A DNA stretch of 64,000 nucleotides from Saprospiraceae bacterium (GTDB taxonomy: Bacteria > Bacteroidota > Bacteroidia > Chitinophagales > Saprospiraceae): positions 4,843,101 to 4,907,100 of the forward strand of contig JAWKLJ010000001.1 of the NCBI GenBank assembly GCA_041392805.1, read 5' to 3'. Position numbers and translations under genes: made by a program. The first letter of the stretch is position 1, and every line of letters begins with the position of its first letter. Below are positions 1 to 10,020 of this stretch, piece after piece. The notes under the pieces are model-generated. The model ran no database searches, had not been told where the DNA came from, and saw only the letters and a program-made list of their open reading frames with translations.

Positions 1-813
1 CTGGTGATAGATCAATGGGGGTATACTGAGAATGGAAAGGTATTCTAGTTTGTGTTGTGGGGTTTTTCTCGTGCGCAATTGTAGGCGTATATTTTTAGGG
101 TGAGGGAGCATGGCAGCTTTCCCTAATTCTTCCACCCAACTGAGTGTCAATGCAAAGAAGAGAACAATCAGGATCGTTTTAAAGGAACAATTAAGCAAGA
201 TTTTTATAAAATCAGAATTGCCAAGTTTTAGAATTTGGGCAGCCAGCGTAAAGGCTATGCTAATAATGGCTAAATAGGCTAGTACTTTCAACCCACGCCT
301 GGCAAAGGAGGCCCAAAGCACAAGCCCTAAAAAGAATAGGGTGAAAATGGCGTAAATAAGATCAACGGACGAAATCAAGGTGATTCTTTTAGGGATCAAA
401 ACGCCCAAAAGCATCAGCAAGGTCAGCACCGTAGAAAAGCCAAAGGTGGAAAAGACCAGCCATCGCCAGGATTCCGACTTGACCACAGGACGGATCATCG
501 CGGGGATATGCCTGAAGCGTGGCAAGGCAAGCAATATAAAAGCACTATTGAAAATAGAGAGTATGCTCTTTAATCCTTCGTAGCTCGTTGATTCAAAATG
601 ATCCTGCGTAAATCCGGGCGCATAATAAATCTCAAGTAACCCAGATAAGGCCCACACCAGAATGGCAATAGACAGCCATAATAAACCAAAATCTCGTTCT
701 TTTACAGCCATCCTTTTAGTGATATGCTGCCAGATGGAGAATAAGGCCAAAAAAGCAAAAGAGCAGACGACTATCTGCCAATAACCAAAAAAAACGTGGA
801 GTTCTGAACTCAC
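1..813 (-). CDS. Hypothetical polytopic membrane protein, partial; the C-terminal part runs past the window start
   Basis: I translated the reverse complement of 1-840 by hand. It is open in one frame with no stops, with ATG at 711 or GTG at 813 as possible starts. The product is strongly hydrophobic, with several predicted transmembrane segments. The ORF track omits it because it runs off the window edge. Confidence 0.5.
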   Translation of the reverse strand, partial: MSSELHVFFGYWQIVVCSFAFLALFSIWQHITKRMAVKERDFGLLWLSIAILVWALSGLLEIYYAPGFTQDHFESTSYEGLKSILSIFNSAFILLALPRFRHIPAMIRPVVKSESWRWLVFSTFGFSTVLTLLMLLGVLIPKRITLISSVDLIYAIFTLFFLGLVLWASFARRGLKVLAYLAIISIAFTLAAQILKLGNSDFIKILLNCSFKTILIVLFFALTLSWVEELGKAAMLPHPKNIRLQLRTRKTPQHKLEYLSILSIPPLIYHQ

Positions 814-814
814 C

Positions 815-1750
815 TTAAAACTTCTTGTTCGGAATCTTTAAAACATAAGTTTTATGCGCAGCATTGGTTAGGCTGGTACTACGCAACCAAGGATTATAGA
901 CCTTTAGCGCACGGTAGCTAATACCGTTTTTACGGGCAAAATCACCCAGATTGGGGATGGGGCCATCTACCTCTACCGTACTAAAGTCTGTCATTGGTTC
1001 GTATCCTTCGTCATTATCGAGATAGAACCCAAAGCGCTCTGGGTTGCCAATGACTTCTTTGATCGCAATGACGCGAAAGACATAACGATCGGTTTCGTCA
1101 TTGAGGTTAAGGTCATAATAACGCTCTCCTCGCTGCACATCCATTTCTTTTTTCAGTCTGGGGCCTCCCATATTATAAGCTGCCGCAGAAAGGGTCCAAC
1201 TACCAAATTGTTTGTAATAATTTTTAATATATTTCGCAGCAGCATGGGTAGACTTTTCGAGGTGATAACGTTCATCAACTTCGCTATTGACTTCCAGACC
1301 ATAATAAACGGCTGTTTCTTTCATGAACTGCCAAAGGCCTTTGGCGCCAGCGGAGGAAGTCGCATTGCGCAGGTTACTCTCTGCTATGGCCAGGTATTTG
1401 AAGTCGTCGGGTACACCTTCCTCTGCCAAGATTTTCTCAATAATAGGGAAGTATTTATAGGTATTCTTAATGTTGAGTAAAGTGGTAGAATGCCAATAAG
1501 TATTGACGGATAATTCCCTGTCCATTCGTTCGTAAACATCAGGGTTTTCCATTGGGACTTGTTCGCCTGCCAATGAAAACTTTTTATCTAAATCCATTGC
1601 CCTGATCACCTGAGGAATTTTTGCACTTTCGGTGGTAGCAGCAATGGCAGTAGTTGACTGGTCTTCTTTTTTGTTGCCATAGGAAGCAAAGACTACAATG
1701 GTCAGAAAAGAGGCGAGTAGGAGGGTGTAATTTTGCAAAGCCTTTTGCAT
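815..1750 (-). CDS. Membrane-bound lytic murein transglycosylase (SLT domain) with a C-terminal LysM-like module
   Basis: N-terminal signal/transmembrane segment. SLT-domain motifs GLWQFM...AYNMGG. The C-terminal segment GDFARKNGISYRALKVYNPWL...YVLKIP resembles LysM. Confidence 0.85.
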   Translation of the reverse strand: MQKALQNYTLLLASFLTIVVFASYGNKKEDQSTTAIAATTESAKIPQVIRAMDLDKKFSLAGEQVPMENPDVYERMDRELSVNTYWHSTTLLNIKNTYKYFPIIEKILAEEGVPDDFKYLAIAESNLRNATSSAGAKGLWQFMKETAVYYGLEVNSEVDERYHLEKSTHAAAKYIKNYYKQFGSWTLSAAAYNMGGPRLKKEMDVQRGERYYDLNLNDETDRYVFRVIAIKEVIGNPERFGFYLDNDEGYEPMTDFSTVEVDGPIPNLGDFARKNGISYRALKVYNPWLRSTSLTNAAHKTYVLKIPNKKF

Positions 1751-1988
1751 GGTTTACTATGTTTACAGGATTATTAAACGAAATCTAGTGTTGTTATATG
1801 GACAACAAGATACGCATATCCGCTTAATTTTTCAATCCTGTTTAATTCTCTGGCAATTTTGTGGGTAAGCAATGAATAGAAGCTACTGTATCTTTAAGGG
1901 ATTCTGCTTCTGCTTTAACCAGTAAAAATTGCCAAAGAAGAAAATCATCAGAGAACTTCCTCTTTAAGGTGCACGTTTTTTGTCTTTG

Positions 1989-2396
1989 CTAGACTGACTC
2001 TCCAATAGCCCTCGCTTCTACATGGGTGACGTTTTTCTCATTCAAGTACATGAAAACGCGAAAAGCATTATTATCTGTCACTAGTAAACCAATTAAATAG
2101 CTGTCGCCAGCCTTAATTGCGTCCCCAATGTGCAATAACTTGAACCCTTGGACGGGATTGTTTTCAAAGAAAGCGGCAAGTTTGGCTTCTGCTTGTGTAG
2201 TAGTGAATACGCCATCTACATTTGGCAAAAATAACCTCACCTCTTTTGTCGGCGTGAAATGTTCAGCTATTGAGACGGCCTCTCCTTTATCCCAGCCTTT
2301 GACAACAGCTTCTAAATCATTAGGTTTGGGCCAAAACAAGATGGCTAAACCTGCAAATAACAAACCGATAATACCGGTTGTGATAACCTGTCTCAT
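1989..2396 (-). CDS. Hypothetical secreted/membrane-anchored protein (DUF4783-like)
   Basis: 135-aa ORF with an N-terminal transmembrane segment or signal peptide. Resembles small conserved Bacteroidota proteins of unknown function. Confidence 0.55.
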   Translation of the reverse strand: MRQVITTGIIGLLFAGLAILFWPKPNDLEAVVKGWDKGEAVSIAEHFTPTKEVRLFLPNVDGVFTTTQAEAKLAAFFENNPVQGFKLLHIGDAIKAGDSYLIGLLVTDNNAFRVFMYLNEKNVTHVEARAIGESV

Positions 2397-2528
2397 TTCA
2401 TAAATATTTGGTGAATAATTAGATAAGCTTTCTTACCCATCGTATCCCAAGTTATTCCCAAATAAGTAGGTTTGAAATGAATTTGGTCAATTCCTTGAAT
2501 GATAATCGTCACTCTTCCTTGCAAAAGA

Positions 2529-3116
2529 TTAAGTTTGCAAGCTTAGAATATTTCCCATGTGATAGCAAGTGCGACAGCGAGCCTCGTATCGATCTTTTTC
2601 GCCCAGCACAACCGTATTTTCATCGGCAGTTAAACGATAAGAATGCGTAGCCAGGTTACCGCAATGTTGGCAAATAGCATGTACCTTGGTAATGTATTCA
2701 GCCACGGCAAGCAAGTTTGGGATGGGGCCAAATGGCCGCCCTTTAAAATCCATGTCCAATCCTGCAATGATGATCCTAATTCCTCGCAAAGCTAGTTTTT
2801 GGCAATTTTCAGTTAGGTCTAAATCAAAAAACTGCGCTTCGTCTATGCCCACCACATTGACACCATCTGTCAATTCCAATAATTTAGATGAATGAGAAAT
2901 TGGTGTCGATAAAATAAAATTGGCATCATGAGATACAACTTTAGCATCATCATAACGTTTATCTACCGCGGGTTTGAATATTTCGACCTTTTGATTGGCA
3001 ATTTTGGCTCGTTTCAAACGTCGAATTAATTCCTCTGTTTTTCCGGAAAACATGGATCCACAGACCACTTCGATCCATCCACTTCGTTGGCCTTTAAAAT
3101 GAGGTTCTAAAAACAT
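2529..3116 (-). CDS. tdk: Thymidine kinase
   Basis: P-loop [14 protein letters not shown] and a C-terminal zinc-ribbon (CQHCG...CRTCYH). The length (195 aa) is typical of tdk. Confidence 0.92.
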   Translation of the reverse strand: MFLEPHFKGQRSGWIEVVCGSMFSGKTEELIRRLKRAKIANQKVEIFKPAVDKRYDDAKVVSHDANFILSTPISHSSKLLELTDGVNVVGIDEAQFFDLDLTENCQKLALRGIRIIIAGLDMDFKGRPFGPIPNLLAVAEYITKVHAICQHCGNLATHSYRLTADENTVVLGEKDRYEARCRTCYHMGNILSLQT

Positions 3117-3127
3117 ACCTAATATAT

Positions 3128-3997
3128 TTGTATTTGCAGTTTGAAAAGATAAACAAGAAGTCTAACTTTGGAAGCTTTAAAATTAAATTATTTCAAATTT
3201 TTCCCCGGCATTGTCCGAAAACAATTAATATGAACTTGCAACAAGCTAAAATCCTGCTCGAAAAGATAAACTCTTTGTACAAAAGTATCAGCATGGACGA
3301 AGGAGAAATGGCCTCTATCGAAAGAGACCTCATGCTAAGCTATATTCGCCAATTGTATGAAACCTTTCGGCAATTGAACCCCGAAGAGGGCTTGAATAGA
3401 GATAACAACCAAGCTGCAAAGGTAAAGCAAAATCCGAATTTGGAAATTACAAATGAAGCTGCCATTATACCTCCTGTTCGCAAGTACACGCCACCAAAGA
3501 TTATAGAAATCCCTGATACTCCGAAAGAGTCACCCGCACCACTAAGGAAGGAGACACCTCTCCCACCGGTAGCAGCAGCCCCCACACCTGTTCCAGCCCC
3601 TGCGGTACAAATGCCTCCACCTCCACCAATTGATACCCCAGCCCCCAGTCCCAAACCTGCTCCTGCAAGCAAGTCAACCCGTTCCATTAATCCAAAGGTT
3701 AAAGCGCTTTTCGTCTATAAAGAGGCCAAAGAATTATCGGAAAAGCTCAGCTCACAGCCGATCAAAGATCTCACTCGCTCCATGGCCATTAATGACCGCT
3801 TGCTTTACGAAAATGATTTGTTTAACAAAAGTAAAGATGCGCTAAATGAGGCCCTCAAACAATTGAATAGTCTATCGAGTATGGATGAAGCACAGCCATT
3901 GTTAGAGGATTTTGCCTTAGAAAACGATTGGGTAAATGAAGAAAAAGCGGATACCGCTATTGCATTTATTAAATTGGTTCGAAGGCGCTATTTGTAA
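3128..3997 (+). CDS. Hypothetical protein with a proline-rich linker
   Basis: 289-aa ORF. Central region is low-complexity Pro/Ala ([35 protein letters not shown]). The true start may be the internal Met at about 3232 ([10 protein letters not shown]). Confidence 0.5.
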   Translation: MYLQFEKINKKSNFGSFKIKLFQIFPRHCPKTINMNLQQAKILLEKINSLYKSISMDEGEMASIERDLMLSYIRQLYETFRQLNPEEGLNRDNNQAAKVKQNPNLEITNEAAIIPPVRKYTPPKIIEIPDTPKESPAPLRKETPLPPVAAAPTPVPAPAVQMPPPPPIDTPAPSPKPAPASKSTRSINPKVKALFVYKEAKELSEKLSSQPIKDLTRSMAINDRLLYENDLFNKSKDALNEALKQLNSLSSMDEAQPLLEDFALENDWVNEEKADTAIAFIKLVRRRYL

Positions 3998-4098
3998 AGT
4001 GGAACCTTGACCTTTGTCGATAAATTTGTGTTCCACTAAACCAGTCACTTGCATAAATGGTTGAATAAACATAACTTATTTTTTCATTACAGTGGCTT

Positions 4099-4806
4099 AT
4101 GGGTACCAATAAGATTTCAGATAGATTAATTGACAGTTTGAGTCTACCTTTTAAAATGGTGGCTACCTTATGGGGTATCCAGGTTTTTCAGTGGCTTTTA
4201 GGACTGAAATTGGGCTTTTTAGGGGTATTCCCGCAGAAAATATTCGGCCTCAAAGGCATTCTTTTTTCTCCGCTAATTCATGGTGATTTCGGGCATTTAC
4301 TGTCCAATACTCCTCCCTTATTTGTACTCAGTGCCCTCATTTTGTTTTTTTATAAGAAAGTAGCGATTCGTTCTTTTGCAATGATCTATTTCCTGACAGG
4401 CCTGGCGGTATGGTTATTTGGACGCCCTGTTTTCCATATCGGGGCAAGTGGAGTGATCTATGGACTAGTTGCCTTCGTTTTTTGGAGTGGCATTTTTCGC
4501 CGTAATTTCAAGTCTATTGCACTGGCCTTGCTTGTTGTATTTTACTATGGATCTATGGTCCTCGGTGTGCTCCCCGGACAAGAAGGCATCAGCTGGGAAA
4601 GTCATTTGTTGGGTGGCCTAGTTGGTATTTTTGTCGCCTGGTGGTATAAAGAAACAATCGAAAAAGACGAAGAACGAGAAACCTATTCCTGGGAGGCAGA
4701 ACCTGAACTTCCACCACGCCCCTTCTTTGAGCATGATTTGTTTGAAAAGACCAAAGCTGAGCGCGAGAAAGAACAACAAGCGCAAAACAGGACCGACTGG
4801 TTTTAA
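4099..4806 (+). CDS. Rhomboid-family intramembrane serine protease
   Basis: Multiple transmembrane helices. GASGVIYGLVAF contains the GxSG catalytic-serine motif, and the conserved His sits in a later helix (SHLLGGLVG). Acidic C-terminal tail. Confidence 0.8.
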   Translation: MGTNKISDRLIDSLSLPFKMVATLWGIQVFQWLLGLKLGFLGVFPQKIFGLKGILFSPLIHGDFGHLLSNTPPLFVLSALILFFYKKVAIRSFAMIYFLTGLAVWLFGRPVFHIGASGVIYGLVAFVFWSGIFRRNFKSIALALLVVFYYGSMVLGVLPGQEGISWESHLLGGLVGIFVAWWYKETIEKDEERETYSWEAEPELPPRPFFEHDLFEKTKAEREKEQQAQNRTDWF

Positions 4807-5102
4807 ACAGTAATTTATTTATAAAATTATAAGACTTGTGTATACATTGAATAGCGGATTTAACTATTTTTGCTTTGAGATTTCTACCCTCACTCTCTGA
4901 ATTGCCATGTGCGGCAGTCATCCCCCTTTTTACAACGGAAAAGTATTTAGACTGAAATGATGCAGATCAATTCATCTGTTGCAACTAGTTGGCTTTCAAA
5001 GTAACTAATTGCTTGGTTTTGAGTATACCATTTCAGTATTATTTCACAGGACACTTGTGTAAAGGTGGTTGCAGTAGCTGTGAAGACACTAAGAAAAATC
5101 CC

Positions 5103-8000
5103 ATGACTTTAAAAAATAGAAGTATGTACAACAGACTTTTACTTAGCTTTATCCTGGTTGGCCTTTCCTTTTTTGCAAATGCTCAAATATTAGATACGGA
5201 CAACTATAGGACCTACGATGGGTCCTTTAATAATTTAAACCAAACCGATTGGGGAGCCGCAGGTAGCAATCTTTTGCGCCTGGTACCTGCCACTTTTGCT
5301 GATGGCATTAGTACGCCCACAGGCGAAAATAGGCCCAATCCGAGAACGATAAGCAATACCTTGTTTTCTCAAGAGAATCCCATAAATGATCCACTCAATT
5401 TGAGCGATTTTTGTTGGGTATTCGGCCAATTTATTGACCACGATTTGAGCATCACACCTGATGGGGCAGAACCTGCCTTCATTAAAGTCCCAACGGGTGA
5501 TCCCCATTTTGATCCGCTCTTTCAAGGCACAGCAGTGATCCCTATGCACCGTAGTGCATACGATCATCTGAGTGGTATAGGACCTGATAATCCGCGACAG
5601 CATCCCAATCTCATTACTGCCTTTATTGATGGGTCTGGTGTATATGGCTCTGATGAGCAACGTGCCAATTGGCTTCGAACTTTTACGGGAGGTAAGTTAA
5701 AAGTATCAACGGGTAATTTACTGCCTTTTAATACGGTGGATGGAGAATTCACGAGTGAGTTGGACGTTAATGCACCAGTCATGGATAATCCCACCCATAT
5801 TAGTGAAAAAATGTATGTTGCTGGTGATGTCAGGGCAAATGAAAACCCTTTACTGTTATCTTTCCACACCTTATTTGTTCGGGAACATAATCGTCTTTGT
5901 GATCAATTGATCGTAAAGCATCCCAATTGGACAGATGAGGAATTATATCAATATGCCAGAAAATTGGTAGGAGGTCTAATTCAATCTATTGTATTTGACG
6001 AATGGTTGCCAGCAATGGGCGTTGACCTGCCTGCCTACCAAGGCTATAATGAAACGGTGAATCCTCAACTTTCGAATGTGTTTACTGCTGCTGCTTTTCG
6101 CTTGGGGCATACCCTTTTGAATAGCACCCTCCGAAGAATTGGCAACGATGGAGAAGTCATTCCACAAGGAAATCTAGCACTTCAGGACGCTTTTTTCAAC
6201 ATATATGTTTTTTTAGAAACAGGAGACATTGATCCATTTTTTAAGGGGATGGCCACTCAAATCCAACAAAATATGGATCCGAAGTTGATCAATGATGTGC
6301 GCAATTTTCTATTTGGCCCTCCAGGAGCGGGAGGATTGGATTTGGCAGCGATCAATATCAATAGAGGCCGCGAGCGGGGATTGCCTGATTTTAATGGCGT
6401 TAGAGCAGCTTTAGGCCTTACACCATACGCTTTTTTCCAACAGATTAATTCGGATGCAGGTGTCTTTACCAGGCTGCTTTCTATGTATGCCGATATCCAT
6501 AATATAGATCCTTGGGTTGGGATGTTGGCAGAAAAGCCGATGCCTGGTGCATTGTTTGGCCAAACGATTATGACCATCATGAAACATCACTTTACAAACC
6601 TGAGAGATGGGGATCGGTTTTATTATTGGGTAGATCCTTTACTGTCTGATGCGGATAGAAATTGGATTAAAACGACGACCCTCCATGATGTTATCATGAA
6701 TAATACTGGTATTATTTTGATGCAGAACAATGTCTTTTCTGCTATGCCACATAGTGAAATTTGTGCAAGTATGACCGCAGATGTAGAAGGGATCGTTAGA
6801 ACAGAGTCGGGAGCACCTATTGCTAATGTTGCGCTTCAGCTTGGTTTATCAGAGCAGGAAGGCCTGAATTTTACAACTTCAGAAGAAGGTGATTTTTATT
6901 TCACGGATTTGTTTTCTTGTCAGGTAGAACAACTTTCTATCCATAAAGAAGATGGATTAACCAATGGCGTGTCTACCATAGACCTCATTCTTATCCAAAA
7001 ACATATTCTTGGATTAGGTGCCTTGCCAACAGCCTATAAGATGATTGCAGCGGATATCGATAGAAATGGAACGATTTCTACTATTGATCTTATCTTTTTA
7101 CGGCGTGCTATATTAGGAATCGATCATACATTCCCTAATAATACATCTTGGCGTTTTATAGCGGCTGATTACAATTTCCAAAACCCATCAAATCCATTGA
7201 TGGAAGCTATTCCAGAAATATATGATTTTGCTAGTGTTCCATCAGGGGTGTTAGCCTTGGATTTCATTGGTGTTAAAGTAGGAGATGTGAATGAAAGTGC
7301 CAAGACTACCTTCCAATCAACAGGAGAAGAGGCTCCTATCGCTTTAATGATAAATACAAATGACCAAACGCTTGAATTGGGGGAAGTCGTCCGCGTTCCC
7401 TTCCGATTAGGTAGTACCCAATCAGCTATCATTGGGTACCAGTTTAGTGTTGGGTTTGACGTTTCTAGCCTGGATTTATTAGCTGTTGATCTAGGCGATG
7501 TAGATCTTGATTTGGAAGGAAATTTTGGGACATTCAAAGAAAAAGGATTGCTGACCACTAGCTGGAATGATGAAACAGGGATAAAAGAGGGGATGGATTT
7601 ATTTTATTTGACCTTCAGCGTTAAAAAAGCGGGCCAATTAAGGGATTTGGTTGCCATCAATAGTGCGCTGACCCCTGCTTTGGCCTATGATAATCAAATG
7701 GAGGGAATGCAAGTGGCTTTGCAATTTAGTGAACAAGAAAAAGCCAACCAACTTTTTCAAAACAGGCCAAACCCCTTTAAAGAAACGACTGACATACCAT
7801 TTTATATAGCTAATAGTGGCGAAGTGCATTTGCGCGTATTTGATGTGGCGGGTCGTATGTTGTACCAGCAATCTGCATTTATGGATGCAGGTGAGCACCA
7901 ATGGAGCCTTAGTCGAACAGATTTACCTGCAGAAGGTATATTAGTGTATCAATTAGAGGTGGAAGATGATATTCTTACACGCCGGATGGTACTTGATTAG
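5103..8000 (+). CDS. Secreted animal-type haem peroxidase fused to an Ig-like / dockerin-like / cohesin-like cassette and a T9SS C-terminal sorting domain
   Basis: Signal peptide (MYNRLLLSFILVGLSFFANAQ). Distal-His motif FGQFIDHDL and proximal motif HTLFVREHNRL of the peroxidase-cyclooxygenase superfamily. Dockerin-like Ca-binding pair (...ADIDRNGTISTIDLIFLRRAILGI). Cohesin-like domain (GYQFSVGFDVSSLDLL). T9SS sorting domain (QNRPNPFKETTDIPFYIANSGEVHLRVFDVAGRMLYQQ). The ORF track starts at 4989; I placed the start at the Met at 5103 that precedes the signal peptide. Confidence 0.85.
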   Translation: MTLKNRSMYNRLLLSFILVGLSFFANAQILDTDNYRTYDGSFNNLNQTDWGAAGSNLLRLVPATFADGISTPTGENRPNPRTISNTLFSQENPINDPLNLSDFCWVFGQFIDHDLSITPDGAEPAFIKVPTGDPHFDPLFQGTAVIPMHRSAYDHLSGIGPDNPRQHPNLITAFIDGSGVYGSDEQRANWLRTFTGGKLKVSTGNLLPFNTVDGEFTSELDVNAPVMDNPTHISEKMYVAGDVRANENPLLLSFHTLFVREHNRLCDQLIVKHPNWTDEELYQYARKLVGGLIQSIVFDEWLPAMGVDLPAYQGYNETVNPQLSNVFTAAAFRLGHTLLNSTLRRIGNDGEVIPQGNLALQDAFFNIYVFLETGDIDPFFKGMATQIQQNMDPKLINDVRNFLFGPPGAGGLDLAAININRGRERGLPDFNGVRAALGLTPYAFFQQINSDAGVFTRLLSMYADIHNIDPWVGMLAEKPMPGALFGQTIMTIMKHHFTNLRDGDRFYYWVDPLLSDADRNWIKTTTLHDVIMNNTGIILMQNNVFSAMPHSEICASMTADVEGIVRTESGAPIANVALQLGLSEQEGLNFTTSEEGDFYFTDLFSCQVEQLSIHKEDGLTNGVSTIDLILIQKHILGLGALPTAYKMIAADIDRNGTISTIDLIFLRRAILGIDHTFPNNTSWRFIAADYNFQNPSNPLMEAIPEIYDFASVPSGVLALDFIGVKVGDVNESAKTTFQSTGEEAPIALMINTNDQTLELGEVVRVPFRLGSTQSAIIGYQFSVGFDVSSLDLLAVDLGDVDLDLEGNFGTFKEKGLLTTSWNDETGIKEGMDLFYLTFSVKKAGQLRDLVAINSALTPALAYDNQMEGMQVALQFSEQEKANQLFQNRPNPFKETTDIPFYIANSGEVHLRVFDVAGRMLYQQSAFMDAGEHQWSLSRTDLPAEGILVYQLEVEDDILTRRMVLD

Positions 8001-8397
8001 TTTTTTTTCTTCTCTGACAATTTTTGTCTGGTCTAAATGCGGAAATTGTCAGAGAACCCTCGTTTTATGCGTTGGCAGATAACTGAAAAATGCTCATATC
8101 TATAATAAATTTTTATATTTGCCTGAAAACGCTTAAATTTCCATGTATTTTGATCGCTTTTGTTTTCAAATATGGAAGTGAAGTTAGTCTTCTTGAAAAA
8201 AGTAAGCACTAAATCTACCAGTTTCATTTAAACATAAATATTCCATTGTCTATCGCTTTTTTTTGAGATAGACAAGGTTATTGTATAAAAGCAGAATGTC
8301 TACGTTATGTATTTTTTAACGTAGCATTCAGGCGGGTTTAAGTAGTAATACTTTGTACCTGGCGAGAATCCCATAACATATACAAATCATTGTTGTC

Positions 8398-9075
8398 ATG
8401 CAAATAATCAAAACCTTACTTGCGGACGACCACTACATTTTTATTGAAGGGCTGAAAACCGTATTAAATGAGGCCTTACAATATCAGATCAAAGTTATAG
8501 ATGTTGCTCGTAGTGGAGAAGAACTTATCCAAAAAGTAAAATCGGCAAGAGCTGACTTGGTCATCACAGGCCTAAATTTATCTGGTAAAGATGGCCTGGA
8601 TGTCATTGAGGTGGTGCGTCAAAGTAAGAATCCCATTAAGGTATTAGTACTCAGTGCCTATGATGATCCGAAGATCGTCAAAACCGCTTTTAAATTAGGT
8701 GCTGATGGATATATACTGAAATGCCAGCCTTTGGTCGAGTTGTACCAAGCAATACACGAAATTTTAATGGGGAATACCTACGTCGGAAAAGGAATCCATT
8801 TAAATGGCACGAATGGTAGCGGCCATGGTAGCCATGGAATTCACCAAGCTGTTTTTGATTTTGAAGATCGTTTTATCAAGAAATACAACCTGACTAAACG
8901 GGAGTTGGAGATTCTGGGCTTGATTAGCCAGGCACTAAACAATAAGGAGATAGCAAAAGAGCTATACATTAGTGACCAAACGGTGGGTGTTCATCGCAAA
9001 AATATTATGCGGAAGCTTGGGGTGAGCAATACGGCAGGTTTGATTAAGTTGGCCTATGACTATAGTTTGGTGTGA
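8398..9075 (+). CDS. LuxR/NarL-family response regulator (receiver plus LuxR helix-turn-helix); receiver appears to lack the phospho-acceptor Asp
   Basis: N-terminal receiver domain (LLADDH acidic pocket, GADGYILK lysine). C-terminal LuxR-type helix-turn-helix (LTKRELEILGLISQALNNKEIAKELYISDQTVGVHRKNIMRKLGV). The position aligned to the NarL phospho-Asp reads LVITG instead of LILLD. Confidence 0.85.
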   Translation: MQIIKTLLADDHYIFIEGLKTVLNEALQYQIKVIDVARSGEELIQKVKSARADLVITGLNLSGKDGLDVIEVVRQSKNPIKVLVLSAYDDPKIVKTAFKLGADGYILKCQPLVELYQAIHEILMGNTYVGKGIHLNGTNGSGHGSHGIHQAVFDFEDRFIKKYNLTKRELEILGLISQALNNKEIAKELYISDQTVGVHRKNIMRKLGVSNTAGLIKLAYDYSLV

Positions 9076-9756
9076 GGCCATAGCCTGCCTATAGAGGAAG
9101 GGTTGGAAAGTATTTTTGGCTAGTTTAATATGTTTTTCTTTAAGATACATCCAGATGCAAGTATTTTTTTTTGCTTTATATCATGCTGGTAATCAGACTT
9201 TTTAGCACACGGCGTAAAATAAATCTCAAAAATACCCCTTTTAGGGTATGAAGTAACCAGTTTTAAGTTTTATATTTGTATCGTCTTAGAAAGGACACGC
9301 TTCTTGTAAGTTTGACGACAATATACTTGAGAGATAGATTAAAACACATACCGAAAGTTTCGTTTGAAATGACTTATTCACATAGTAATGAGGAAGAGTT
9401 TTAAAAACTTATGATTAAAATTTTGGTATTTATATTTTTTATGTGTTACATTTGTGCTAGTAATTTTGACAAAATCAATCCCATGACTAAAAATTTACAC
9501 TCCTCAAATTACCCTTCATTTTCTATTTTTCCAGTTAGCATATCATTGTTCATCCCTATATCACATTAAGGAGTTTTCGCTATGATTTTATTCAAACACT
9601 AAGGTTTTGGATGAATCATTTTTGTCATGTGGACTAATCCCAATACCAAAGCTATCCTCCCTGCAAAACGATGTAGGGGTTTATTTGACAATTTTATTTT
9701 TAAGATTCGTTTCTAGTATAATTCGACCTAATTCTTGGATGTATCGGTTTTGATTT

Positions 9757-9930
9757 ACGACGACGACACAAACTTTTATCCGATCTCCAAATGAATATAT
9801 ATTAAGAAAAGACATTAAAAAATGTGCACTTTTCAGACGACGACAAACAGTATTTAGCACATTTTTTTAAAGATATAGTCTTAAATTATTGTGAATCTGC
9901 TTTACTTTTCAGCGCGTAGACGACGACACT
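9757..9930. repeat. Three direct copies of ACGACGACA(C/A) with conserved flanks, about 81 bp apart, in the gene-free region upstream of the giant adhesin gene
   Basis: Copies at about 9757-9770, 9836-9849 and 9918-9929. Flanks are related (aaaaaatgtgcacttttcagacgacgacaaac and gtatttagcacatttttttaaag). They lie in a 945-bp AT-rich, ORF-free interval (9076-10020). Confidence 0.5.
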
Positions 9931-10020
9931 TTTGCTGTCAAGGTAAAGTTCACAATGATTTGGACTGGTGTATCATAATCTTATTTCTTAACCTAATTCG
10001 TTTACGCAAATTGTAATCTT

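Noticed and set aside
4989-5102. 5' extension of the peroxidase ORF (start at 4989)
   Set aside because: The extension (MAFKVTNCLVLSIPFQYYFTGHLCKGGCSS...) precedes a good signal peptide that begins at the Met at 5103/5124, so a signal peptide would not be internal. I chose the downstream start.
5235-7901. Multiple 60-140-aa antisense ORFs inside the peroxidase gene and the other giant genes (for example 5235-5660, 13108-13341, 26630-26989)
   Set aside because: They lie fully inside long, motif-supported sense-strand genes, have no homology, and are not conserved-looking. They are typical shadow ORFs.
8033-8227. 64-aa minus-strand ORF between the peroxidase gene and the response-regulator gene
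   Set aside because: It sits in an AT-rich promoter region with a Lys/Phe/Asn-rich composition typical of random AT-rich ORFs.
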